From: a virus
DNA length: 64,000 nt
IMG/VR virus record: IMGVR_UViG_3300025112_000005
Coordinates: 16,206-80,205 of that record
Direction: 5' to 3' (one strand)
The position numbers and the translations under genes were made by a program. The notes below the pieces were generated by a model that did not search any database, had not been told where the DNA came from, and worked only from the letters and a program-made list of their open reading frames with translations. The stretch's first letter is position 1. Each line of letters starts with the position of its first letter. This document shows positions 34,556-43,631 of this stretch, piece after piece.

Positions 34556-37500
34556 GCAGCGGACCCTTCATCGGCCCCCGGGGCGGGAAGTGGGCAGACG
34601 CCCAGCACACCGTCCCGTGGCATAGCTCCGAGGGGCGCGACCGGAGGCAGACCAGCCTGCTGGGCGCGGACGACGAGGGCACCAAGCGAAAGAAGCCCCT
34701 GCAACGACTGCGTGAGGGGGAGGTGATGGCGTTCCTCCAATCGCACGGGCACCGAGCGGGGAGCCATGCGGAACCGGGCGGTCACGGAGAGAGCGGGGTC
34801 CACACGCGCCAGCACTCCCGGCAGCAGGTCGAGGTGCGGCACGTCGAGTCACACCACCGGGACCACACGGGGCGCATCCAGCTCCCGGGGGGGGAGCACG
34901 AGGCTCTGAAGAAGCACGAGGCCCGCCAGCACGCCAAGGTGGTGGAGAAGCTGAAGGCTGCGGGGTATCACGTGCGCACGGACGCCGTGGGGCGGACGCT
35001 GGTCGGTCGGCGAGGGGGAGCGCCCGAGCACGGCCCCCAGCGTGTGCAGGCGGCGAGGCCGAAGAAGAAGCTGGAGCTGGTGGTGGACAACACGCAGCCG
35101 GGGCTGTTCAAGTCGATGGTGGTCCGAGCGCTGTGCAAGGCGCAGGGAGGCCCTTTCATCGGCCCCCGCGGCGGCAAGTGGGCGAACGCCCAGCACACGG
35201 TCCCGTGGAAGCCCAGCGGCGGGGTGTTGCGGGTGGACGCGGCCCTTGTCCGTGAGACTGTGGACGGGTGGTTTTCTGACTTGCGAGCGATGCCGGGACA
35301 ATCCCGGTCGTCCATGATCGAGTACACCCAGGCGGACGGGGCAAAGCGTCGCGCGGTGGCACAGATCGTTGTAGAGGCGAGCACGGGCGATCCGCGAGGC
35401 GTGAAGGGCATCCACCATTACCGGACCACGGGGCAGGGGGGGATGCACAAGGTCGTTGTGCACATCAGTATGCGAAAGCTGGCGGGGAAGATTGATACAG
35501 CCAAGGAGGCGGTGCGTTCCGTTCTTGCGCACGAGCTGACACACGCGGCCGACGTAGGGCTCCAGAAACGCGCAGAGCGACGCGCACGTGCTCATTTCTC
35601 AGGGGACAGTAAGGGCGCCGAGCGTCTGAGGGCGAGGGACCATAGCGACGGGTCGGCCAACTACTTCAACCAACCGCATGAAGTCACAGCGAAGATGCAG
35701 CAGATTCAGCGGGAGTTGTTGGACCCGGGTGTGGGGGGCGCGCTGGTCGAGGATGCAAAAAACCACGCGGACGACCCAGACAACCCGCCGCCGATGACGC
35801 CCGCGCAACTGCTTGAGTGGGAGAGCCCCTCCTGGGGTGAGGTGAAAGAGCACTATACCCCCGAGAACAAGAAGCGTGTGCTGCGTATGGTGGCGAAAAC
35901 CCATGCAGCGCTTTTGTCGGGAGAACTGGAGCCTGTGAAGAAGGCGGGGCCGTTCTCCTACATGGTGCTGGACGCGCTGGCGAAGGCCGCGAAGGGCGAG
36001 AGGCGGCAGGGCGCGAAGTACATTCGGCGCGTGCCCAAGCCCGGGGGCGGCTACCGCTACTACTACGCGGAAAGCAGCGCGGCGCGGTCGGCGACCGAGG
36101 GCGAGGACGTGCGGCTGGGCGACAAGCTGACCCGGGTCCACAAGGTCCATGCGCACGGTATTGAGATCGAAGACGAGAAGGGCAAGCGCACAGTCTCGCA
36201 CGACGAGTGGTCCCACATGCTGCACGAGCATTACGGCTCGCGCTTCTACGAGTGGGCAGAGAAGCGCGCGCGGCAGTACGCGGGCGCGGTGCTCAAGCAC
36301 GTTCCCGCGGAGCTGTTCAACGAGCTGAAGGGCGAGACCGACGCCGAGCGCATGGCGGACCTGAAAACCCGGCTGCCCGACGTGCACGCGAAGCTGGAGA
36401 AGGCGTTTTCGCGCGCGGGCGTCAGTCCCGAGGATGCGCACCGCGCTATCTCGCACGTGCTGGAGCGCAAGGGGTGGACGGGCGGCGCCCGGCAAACGCT
36501 CCTGGGGTCGATGCTCAACCGCGAGACGGCGTGGACCGTTCGGCACTACCGGAGGCTGAGCAAGGCCGCGGAGAACTTGGCGAAGGCCGACGGCGCGGAG
36601 CTGGTCGACCAGAAGCATGTTGCGGCGGCCATCGCGTTGCCGCGCACGGCGACGGCGATGGACCGCGTGGTCAACCGCGCGACGGCGGAGATGCACCACA
36701 TTCGCGCGGTGCTGAAGCTCCAGCTAACCCCGGGGGAGAAGAAGGAGGAGCAGGGCGCGCTGGCGCTGGACACGAAGATGTCCGCTGAGGCGCTGGCAAA
36801 AGTGCGCGCGGCGCACATGATCGGCCAGCTCTCTGTGATGGCTCAAGCGTTCCCGGGGCTGGCGTCGGATCCGGCCATGCAGCAGCTTCGTGTGCTGCTG
36901 GGCAGCCTTCAGTCCGTGGCTCCGCGCACGGAGCCGACGGCGAAGGGCGCGCAGACCACGGTGTACGTCGCGGGCGAATTCGGTTCCCCCGAGCCCATGA
37001 CCGCGGAGTACGCGCTGGTCGACGCGGCCGAACTGACTGCGAGCCACGACCCCGTGACGTTCGCGCAGAACGAGGCGCACGACATCGGCAACGAGCGCGC
37101 GTATCACCGCGACAAGGCCGAGCGGGCGAAGGTGATCAAGAACGCCGAAGACCTGAAGCCGGATCTGGTGATCAACACCAACCCGGACGCGACCAACGGC
37201 GCCCCCATCGTGGACGAAAACGGGGTGGTGTTGGGGGGCAACTCGCGCACCATGTCCATGCAGCGCGTTTACCGGATGGGAGGCGCCCAGGCGGCGGACC
37301 TGAAGGGGTACCTGAAGGGACAGGCGCGACAGTTCGGGTTCAAGCCCGGCGACGTGGAGGCGATGGCCCAGCCGATCCTCGTGCGGAAGGTCCAGCCCCA
37401 CGACGACGACCACAAGCGGCTTCTGGTGCGCCAGCTCAACGAGACGTTCATGCAGGCGATGGATCCGCGCACGATGGCGGTCGCGCAGGCGGCGCGGCTG

Positions 37501-38961
37501 GACGACAAGGCGCTGGAGGCGCTGGCCACCGACATGGGGCCGGACAAGACGCTGGCGGCGTTCCTGGGGGCGAAGGCATCTGACGGGTTCGTGAACCAGC
37601 TCAAGCGCGCGGGCGTGATCAGCGCCCAGAACCAGAACGCGTACATTCGCAAAAACGGGCGGCTCAACGAGAACGGCCGGCAGCTCGTGGAGAACGTGCT
37701 GGTGGGGAAGGTCGTCGGCGACGCGGACCTGCTGGTGGACCTGCCCCAGCCGCTTGTTGGGGCGCTCGCGCGTGCCGTGCCGTACATGGTGCAGGCGGAA
37801 GGGGCAGGGGCGGCGTACAACATCCGTAGTGAGCTGAAGCACGCGCTGGAGGCGTACACCGACATCAAGAACCGGCCTGAGTTCGGCATCCCGAAGAGCA
37901 AGAAGGAAGCAGCGGCGGTGCTGGAGTCGTGGAAGCGACTCGGCGGAGGGCTCTTTGAGGGTCACGAGGTGTTCAAGAACCCGCGCAGCATGGCGATCCT
38001 GAACACCCTGTTCACGCAAGCCGGCCCGCGGCAGATGGCCGCCGTGTTCCGCAAGTACGCGGAGGCGGCGGGGCATCAAGAGGCGGGTGGCGGCGAGGGG
38101 CTGGGCTTCTACGAGAAGAAGACCCCCGACGACGTGTTCGGAGAAGCGTTCGGCCGGGCGGAGGACGAAGAGGCGGCGCAGGAGAAGGCCAAGGCCGCGC
38201 GTGAGAAGCACGTGGAGGAGACCAAAGCAGAGGCCAAGAAGAAGGCCAAGGCGAAGGCGGAGCGCGAGGCCCAGAAGGAAGGGCCGCGAAAACTGTCTGA
38301 CCTGCCCCACGTGAGAGACGACCCGTGGGACGATGGGACGACGGTTGTTTTTCGACAAAGCCCGTTCCCCAAAGGGGACAAGCCCGCTATTTCAAGCAAG
38401 CTGATCAGCTCCGCGAAGGTCGAAAGCGTGAAGCTGGCGGACCTTCAGGGCTCACAGACCGAGATCACAGAGGTCGGGGTAGAGAAGCACGCGAAGGCCC
38501 CCGACGCGACCACACCGACAAGCGAGCTACCCGTGGTTATTCGTACAGCGGACGGGAAGCACATTATTCAGGACGGGCACCACCGGCTTGCGGCGGCTGT
38601 TTTGCGGGGAGATAAAGACGCCCGTGTGCGCGTGGCGGTCGAGCCCGGTGCCAAAGAAGCGCCCGCGCCGAAGGTTGAGCCCGAGGCGCCCGCGGTCGAT
38701 CACGCGGCCAAGGCCGAGGAGCACGACATCGCGGCGGAGAACATGCCCGGCAAGTACCCCGGGCACGCGTGGACGAGCACGAAGGAAGCGGCCCAGGACG
38801 CGCACACCGCGGCGGAGAAGGCGCACCAGAAGGCGCACGCGAGCCCGACCGCGGAGAACAAAGCAGCAGCAGCGGCGGCGACCAAGAAGGCCGAGGAAGC
38901 GGACGCGGCTTCGGAGAAGGAAGAGGCGGACGCGGCAGCGTCGCAGGGCGGGTTGTTCTGA
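34552..38961 (+). CDS. Giant polyvalent protein 6: zincin (HELTH) + ddrB-like ParB + C-terminal ParB
   Basis: LAHELTH...YFNQPHE; YALVDA..LTASHD...GAPIV...GGNSR; IIQDGHHRLAA. Confidence 0.87.
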   Translation: MSSGPFIGPRGGKWADAQHTVPWHSSEGRDRRQTSLLGADDEGTKRKKPLQRLREGEVMAFLQSHGHRAGSHAEPGGHGESGVHTRQHSRQQVEVRHVESHHRDHTGRIQLPGGEHEALKKHEARQHAKVVEKLKAAGYHVRTDAVGRTLVGRRGGAPEHGPQRVQAARPKKKLELVVDNTQPGLFKSMVVRALCKAQGGPFIGPRGGKWANAQHTVPWKPSGGVLRVDAALVRETVDGWFSDLRAMPGQSRSSMIEYTQADGAKRRAVAQIVVEASTGDPRGVKGIHHYRTTGQGGMHKVVVHISMRKLAGKIDTAKEAVRSVLAHELTHAADVGLQKRAERRARAHFSGDSKGAERLRARDHSDGSANYFNQPHEVTAKMQQIQRELLDPGVGGALVEDAKNHADDPDNPPPMTPAQLLEWESPSWGEVKEHYTPENKKRVLRMVAKTHAALLSGELEPVKKAGPFSYMVLDALAKAAKGERRQGAKYIRRVPKPGGGYRYYYAESSAARSATEGEDVRLGDKLTRVHKVHAHGIEIEDEKGKRTVSHDEWSHMLHEHYGSRFYEWAEKRARQYAGAVLKHVPAELFNELKGETDAERMADLKTRLPDVHAKLEKAFSRAGVSPEDAHRAISHVLERKGWTGGARQTLLGSMLNRETAWTVRHYRRLSKAAENLAKADGAELVDQKHVAAAIALPRTATAMDRVVNRATAEMHHIRAVLKLQLTPGEKKEEQGALALDTKMSAEALAKVRAAHMIGQLSVMAQAFPGLASDPAMQQLRVLLGSLQSVAPRTEPTAKGAQTTVYVAGEFGSPEPMTAEYALVDAAELTASHDPVTFAQNEAHDIGNERAYHRDKAERAKVIKNAEDLKPDLVINTNPDATNGAPIVDENGVVLGGNSRTMSMQRVYRMGGAQAADLKGYLKGQARQFGFKPGDVEAMAQPILVRKVQPHDDDHKRLLVRQLNETFMQAMDPRTMAVAQAARLDDKALEALATDMGPDKTLAAFLGAKASDGFVNQLKRAGVISAQNQNAYIRKNGRLNENGRQLVENVLVGKVVGDADLLVDLPQPLVGALARAVPYMVQAEGAGAAYNIRSELKHALEAYTDIKNRPEFGIPKSKKEAAAVLESWKRLGGGLFEGHEVFKNPRSMAILNTLFTQAGPRQMAAVFRKYAEAAGHQEAGGGEGLGFYEKKTPDDVFGEAFGRAEDEEAAQEKAKAAREKHVEETKAEAKKKAKAKAEREAQKEGPRKLSDLPHVRDDPWDDGTTVVFRQSPFPKGDKPAISSKLISSAKVESVKLADLQGSQTEITEVGVEKHAKAPDATTPTSELPVVIRTADGKHIIQDGHHRLAAAVLRGDKDARVRVAVEPGAKEAPAPKVEPEAPAVDHAAKAEEHDIAAENMPGKYPGHAWTSTKEAAQDAHTAAEKAHQKAHASPTAENKAAAAAATKKAEEADAASEKEEADAAASQGGLF

Positions 38962-39296
38962 TGCGGGTGGGACTGAGTGAGAGCTACCCCGGGGAGTTGG
39001 AGGAGCTGGGACCGCTGGGGGTCATGCAGAAGGCCGAGGCGGGGCTCCATGCAGCGCTGCGCGACCTGGGGCACCCCGAAGCCGCTGCTGCGCTGGCGGG
39101 GCGTCTGGATGCACTTCTCGACGCTGAGCGGGCGCTGACCGACGTGTACGAGGCGGGGGAGCTGCGAAAGGCGCTCCCACCGCGCGGGGGCGAGCTGGAC
39201 GTGGTGCAGATGCTCGCCGACCGGATGGGGGGCGCGTACGACGCGATGGCCGCGCGCTTGGAGAAGCGGCTACGGGAAGCGGTCGACCGTGGCTGA
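38961..39296 (+). CDS. Small head-region protein
   Basis: TGATG overlap; contains MQKA and LRKA motifs. Confidence 0.7.
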   Translation: MRVGLSESYPGELEELGPLGVMQKAEAGLHAALRDLGHPEAAAALAGRLDALLDAERALTDVYEAGELRKALPPRGGELDVVQMLADRMGGAYDAMAARLEKRLREAVDRG

Positions 39297-40329
39297 TGAC
39301 ACGTTGTCCCGCGTCGTGGCGGACCTGATCCGCGAGCATCACGAGGCGTTTCTGGTGGCGCTGCTGGGGCGGGACGCAAGCACCGTCCCCCCCGAGCGCA
39401 TCGAGGAGCTGCTGGCGTCCGGCGCGCTCGACCCGCACGCCATCGGCCGCGTGCACGTGGCTGTGGGGGACGAGCACTTGAACCCCTACGAGTACATGCG
39501 GCTGGTCTCGCGGGCGTACGCCAAGCTGGGCGACGACGACGCGGTGGCGGCGCGGACGTGGGGTTTCTCCGATTGGGAGCCACACGTGATCCGCGAGCTG
39601 GAGAGCGCGCGGGCGGAAGACGTTCGCCCCGCCGAGGCGCGCGCGCACGTGACCGCGGCGCGTCCCGAGCCCCCCGACCTGGAAGCCGGCGCGGTTGAGC
39701 CCAAGGCGCCTGGGTGGATGACGCCCCAGGAGCGCGCCAGCCACCGTGAGGCGCTGCTCCGTGCCGGGTCGTATGCGCGTGGGCTGGGCAACGTCTACGC
39801 TGCGGACTTGAGCACGAAGGCGGAGACCTGGACGGGCGAGCAGATCGAGCAGGAAGCGAACGCACCGCAGCGCGCGCAGATGCAGCAGGTGATTCGGGAG
39901 CACGTGGCCGAGGCCATCGCGACCCACCGCGACCAGGAGAAGCTGGCCCGGGATCTGGCTGAAGCGACGGGGTTCTATTCGCACAACTGGCGGCGGATCG
40001 CGTCCACTGAGCTGCAAGGCGCCCACAACCTGGGCATGGTGGAGGCGGCGATCGACGCGCACGGCGAGGCGGGCCGCGTGGCACGCATCACCGAGTCGGG
40101 CGCGTGTGAGCACTGTCTGCGGTTGTTTCGAGACGCCGAGGGCAAGCCGCGAGTGTTCGAGGTTCGCGAACTATTGGAGAACGGGACCAACGTGGGGCGC
40201 AAGGCAGCTGCGTGGCTCCCGACGGCGTGGCCGGTGCATCCAAACTGCCGCTGTGACACGCGGATTGTACCGCCTGGGCGAACAGTCACCGCTGATGGTA
40301 GGATCCGACGCGAGGAGACCGCGGCATGA
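39289..40329 (+). CDS. MuF/SPP1 gp7-like head morphogenesis protein
   Basis: WRRIASTE, ACEHC, VHPNCRC. Confidence 0.9.
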   Translation: MADDTLSRVVADLIREHHEAFLVALLGRDASTVPPERIEELLASGALDPHAIGRVHVAVGDEHLNPYEYMRLVSRAYAKLGDDDAVAARTWGFSDWEPHVIRELESARAEDVRPAEARAHVTAARPEPPDLEAGAVEPKAPGWMTPQERASHREALLRAGSYARGLGNVYAADLSTKAETWTGEQIEQEANAPQRAQMQQVIREHVAEAIATHRDQEKLARDLAEATGFYSHNWRRIASTELQGAHNLGMVEAAIDAHGEAGRVARITESGACEHCLRLFRDAEGKPRVFEVRELLENGTNVGRKAAAWLPTAWPVHPNCRCDTRIVPPGRTVTADGRIRREETAA

Positions 40330-41009
40330 GCTACGACACCCCCGACGACCTGGGCGACTTCCGCTTCTGGTCCCCCCTGCTGGTCAAGGCCGACAACCCC
40401 AACGGCGGGTTTGGTGAGGTGGCGCTGGGGAAGATCGGCGGCGTGATCAGCTCCGACACCGTAGACTTTCAGGGCGAGACGCTGGACCAAGACGGCGTGG
40501 ATTGGTCGTACTTCGAGGCTCACGGGCTCTTGAACTACAACCACACGGCGCTGATCCTGGGCGAGCCGACCGCGGTGATTCGCAAGGGCGGCCGAACGCT
40601 GATGGAAGGCGTGCTGTACCTGCACCAGCCCAAGGCGCGCGAGGTCTACCAGACCGCCGTTGCGATGCGCAAAAGCGGTGCCCGGCGCAGCTACGGCTTC
40701 AGCGTCGAGGGCAAGGTGTTGGAGCGCGAGCAGGGGAACCCCACGAACGTCCGCCGCGCCCGGGTGATGAACGTGAGCGTGTGCGAGCACCCCGTGAATC
40801 CCGACGCGCGTATGACCTTGCGCAAGGCGCTGAGTGTGGGCTACCAGACCGCAGCAGGCATGGACGGCGGTTTCTCCCCGCTCGTGCCTCAGAGCTTGGA
40901 GGGCAGCGTGGCGCTGTCCACGTTCAAGCGGGAGCTGTTGGGTCAGTTTCCCCGCCTGACTGATGATGAATGTGACGCTGTGGCACGGCGAGTGCTTCAC
41001 TTGCCTTGA
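40326..41009 (+). CDS. Prohead protease
   Basis: DFQGE...LNYNH...GFSVEG...PVNPDA; lies between MuF and capsid. Confidence 0.9.
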   Translation: MSYDTPDDLGDFRFWSPLLVKADNPNGGFGEVALGKIGGVISSDTVDFQGETLDQDGVDWSYFEAHGLLNYNHTALILGEPTAVIRKGGRTLMEGVLYLHQPKAREVYQTAVAMRKSGARRSYGFSVEGKVLEREQGNPTNVRRARVMNVSVCEHPVNPDARMTLRKALSVGYQTAAGMDGGFSPLVPQSLEGSVALSTFKRELLGQFPRLTDDECDAVARRVLHLP

Positions 41010-41034
41010 CCGCGGATCGCGACCCGGTGAGAAT
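41006..41034 (+). promoter_or_regulatory. Putative sigma70-like promoter for scaffold/capsid
   Basis: TTGACC-17 nt-GAGAAT in the intergenic gap; same -35 hexamer as at 4403. Confidence 0.45.
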
Positions 41035-41071
41035 ACCGACGTGGGGTGACCCCCCCGAGGAGACGACGAAG

Positions 41072-41704
41072 ATGCAGACGCGAGACCAGATCATCGCGGC
41101 GCTCCGTACCGCGGGGGCCGACGAAGAGACAATCAGCAAGGCGCTGGCCGAGCTGGAGCCGACCACCCCCGAGAACGACGCGCTGGGCAAGAGCCTGGGC
41201 GACCTGCGTGCCGCGTTCGACCGCGAGCACGCCGGACGCGACGAGGATCTGGCCAAGAGCCTGGACGAAGCCGCCGATCTGGTGGACGCCGTTACGAAGG
41301 GCTCCGACCTGATCCTGGCCGAATTCCGCGCGCAGAACGACGCGCTGGCCAAAGGGATGGTGGCGCTCATCAACACGTCCCGCGACGAGCGCGCCGAACT
41401 GCGTTCGCTGATCGAAGAGGTCCGCGAGCTTCGGCAGGATCGCGAGGAGCAGGACGAGCGCATCGCCAAGGCGCTCTCCGTCCCCCAGGAGCCCCGTGGG
41501 CTCTCCGGGGCCACGCCCGTCCCCACGCCGTCCGAGCGCGTCCTTGGAGGCGCCCCGGAGGCGGGCGACCTGATCAACAAGGCGCTGACCGAGCTTCAGA
41601 GCGCCGACGAGCCCCGCAAGCGGGAGCTTTCGACGGCGATTTCGCGCCTTAACTCCGGCTTCGCTGCGCACGCGGTGGCCCAGGAGTTTGGGTTGAGCGC
41701 CTGA
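41072..41704 (+). CDS. Scaffold-like coiled-coil protein
   Basis: Between protease and capsid; helical and acidic; seven [LIV]-x-K-[ASG] motifs. Confidence 0.75.
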   Translation: MQTRDQIIAALRTAGADEETISKALAELEPTTPENDALGKSLGDLRAAFDREHAGRDEDLAKSLDEAADLVDAVTKGSDLILAEFRAQNDALAKGMVALINTSRDERAELRSLIEEVRELRQDREEQDERIAKALSVPQEPRGLSGATPVPTPSERVLGGAPEAGDLINKALTELQSADEPRKRELSTAISRLNSGFAAHAVAQEFGLSA

Positions 41705-41749
41705 CACGCGTCGGGTCGCCCCGCGCTGACTGAATAAGGAGATTCCAGA

Positions 41750-43192
41750 GTGCAGTTCCCGAATATGAACCAGGACATGCCCGTCGCGGATCTGGTCAAG
41801 CTCAACAACGCGCTGCGTAAGGCGGCGAGTGTGGGCTACCAAACCGCAGCGGGGACCACGGGCGCCGACGCAGGGACGTTCTCCCCGCTCGTGCCGCAGA
41901 GCATCGAATCAGTGCTGGCTTCGGCCACGTACACGATGCAACACCTTTCGCTGTGGCGTGACATCCCTAAGCGGGACGTGACGCAGACCCTCCACGAGTA
42001 CGCGGTGGTCAACGAACACGGCGCGGACTTGGATCCGTTCTTCGCGGAAGGTTCTGTCCCGGCGACGAACCGTTCTGAATACGAGCGGAAGAGCCTCAAG
42101 ATCAAGTACCTTGCCGAGCGGCGCGAGATCACCGACGTGGCCAGCATGGTGGGCCTGATCGGGGTCAACAAGAACGCGCTGGCCGAGGAGACCGAGAAGG
42201 GCACCATCCGGCTGCTCCAGCGCACTGAGCGCGCGTTGTTCCACGCGGACAGCGACATCAACCCGCTGGCCTTCGACGGCATCTTCAAGCAGATCGAAGA
42301 CGGCGCGTCACAGAACGTCACCGACATGGACGGCGCCGCGCCGACCCCCGACCTGCTGGGCGAGATGCTGGGCGAGCTGTACGCCGCACCCAACTACGGG
42401 ATCGCGGACTGCATCTACGTCGAGCCGCGCATCCACCAAGAGCTGATCCGGCAAGCGCAGGCGCACGGGCGTCACGACCAGCTCAGCATTCAGGACAGCA
42501 CCAAGCTGACCTGGGGCGCCAAGGAGCTGTGCATCATGTCCCCGTACGGGCCGGTGCCGATCCGCAACGCGCCGTTCCTGTACAACAAGTGGCCCGTCCC
42601 GATGAACGTGGACAAGCAGGCGATCCGTGTCGCGGGCATCGGCGACGTGATCCCCGACACCCCGCAACTGGACGCAGGTCCGGCATCCCCCCCAGACGGC
42701 GCGTCGAAGTTCACCGCGGCCGACGCGGGCGACTACGAGTATTACATCGAGGCAGTCGGGGCGAAGGGCGTAAGTGCCGTCTTCTTCGCTGGCGCCGCCG
42801 CGGTGGCCGTGGTCGCAGGCGACAAGGTGACGTTCACCATCAAGGGCGACGGACTCACCAACGCCCCCGCCTACTACCGGATCTTTCGATCGGCCAAGGA
42901 CGGGGGCTACAAGACCGCCCAGCTCCTCACCGAGCTGGCGTACACCGCGGGTATGGATACGGCGTTCGAGGACTACAACGCGGAGAAGCCCGGCACGTCC
43001 AAGATCCTCGCGGTCAAGCACGATCCGGGGATCATCGAGTGGGTGAAGCTCCTCGACTTCCTGCGGCGCCCGCTGGCCGAGGTGGAGACCACCAAGCCCT
43101 TCCTCCTGATGCTGTTCGGTGCGCCCATCATCAAGGTTCCGACCAAGACCTGGGTGCTCAAGAACTGCGGCGTCAACACGGCGGGCCTGTAA
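41750..43192 (+). CDS. Major capsid protein (SPO1/Twort-like, with an Ig-like insertion)
   Basis: LRKAASVGY, QSIE, E.ALFHADS...FDG, DAGDYEY...YYRIFRS, LMLFGAP. Confidence 0.92.
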   Translation: MQFPNMNQDMPVADLVKLNNALRKAASVGYQTAAGTTGADAGTFSPLVPQSIESVLASATYTMQHLSLWRDIPKRDVTQTLHEYAVVNEHGADLDPFFAEGSVPATNRSEYERKSLKIKYLAERREITDVASMVGLIGVNKNALAEETEKGTIRLLQRTERALFHADSDINPLAFDGIFKQIEDGASQNVTDMDGAAPTPDLLGEMLGELYAAPNYGIADCIYVEPRIHQELIRQAQAHGRHDQLSIQDSTKLTWGAKELCIMSPYGPVPIRNAPFLYNKWPVPMNVDKQAIRVAGIGDVIPDTPQLDAGPASPPDGASKFTAADAGDYEYYIEAVGAKGVSAVFFAGAAAVAVVAGDKVTFTIKGDGLTNAPAYYRIFRSAKDGGYKTAQLLTELAYTAGMDTAFEDYNAEKPGTSKILAVKHDPGIIEWVKLLDFLRRPLAEVETTKPFLLMLFGAPIIKVPTKTWVLKNCGVNTAGL

Positions 43193-43214
43193 GGGCTGGC
43201 AGAGGAGCTGACCG

Positions 43215-43583
43215 ATGGGACTCACCCTGAACGCGCTCGTAGAGCGCAACGAGGCGGCCAACCACAACCTAAAGGCGCTGGGCCTGGGTCGCCGGCTCCG
43301 CAACGCCGGCAAGGCCACCATCGTCGCAGCGGCGAGCGAGGTCACGGTGACCTTGCCCGTCGAAATGCTCGATGGCGACTACTACCCCCAGGCGACCCTC
43401 GTGGACGATGCGGGCCTTGCGGCGTCGATGACCGGCAGCCCCGGTCACGTGTGCGTCGAGGTGATCGACGGCGCCAGCTTCAAGATCAAGCTGGTGAGCG
43501 TTCTAGGTGCCGCTGTGCCCGTTGCCGCCGCGCCCGCGAAGGTCGACGTGATGTGGAGCGTCTCCGGGGGCCGCGTCAAGTAA
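43215..43583 (+). CDS. Probable capsid decoration/fibre protein
   Basis: Directly after the capsid gene; GAGGAG RBS; small beta domain. Confidence 0.6.
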   Translation: MGLTLNALVERNEAANHNLKALGLGRRLRNAGKATIVAAASEVTVTLPVEMLDGDYYPQATLVDDAGLAASMTGSPGHVCVEVIDGASFKIKLVSVLGAAVPVAAAPAKVDVMWSVSGGRVK

Positions 43584-43626
43584 CCCCCGGGCGCGTTCTA
43601 CGCGTCCACCTACCTACCCCGGGGGG
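43584..43626 (+). terminator. GC hairpin after the capsid operon (possible terminator or processing site)
   Basis: CCCCGGG...CCCGGGG outer stem with an inner GCGT/ACGC stem; no U-tract. Confidence 0.3.
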
Positions 43627-43631
43627 CTCCC

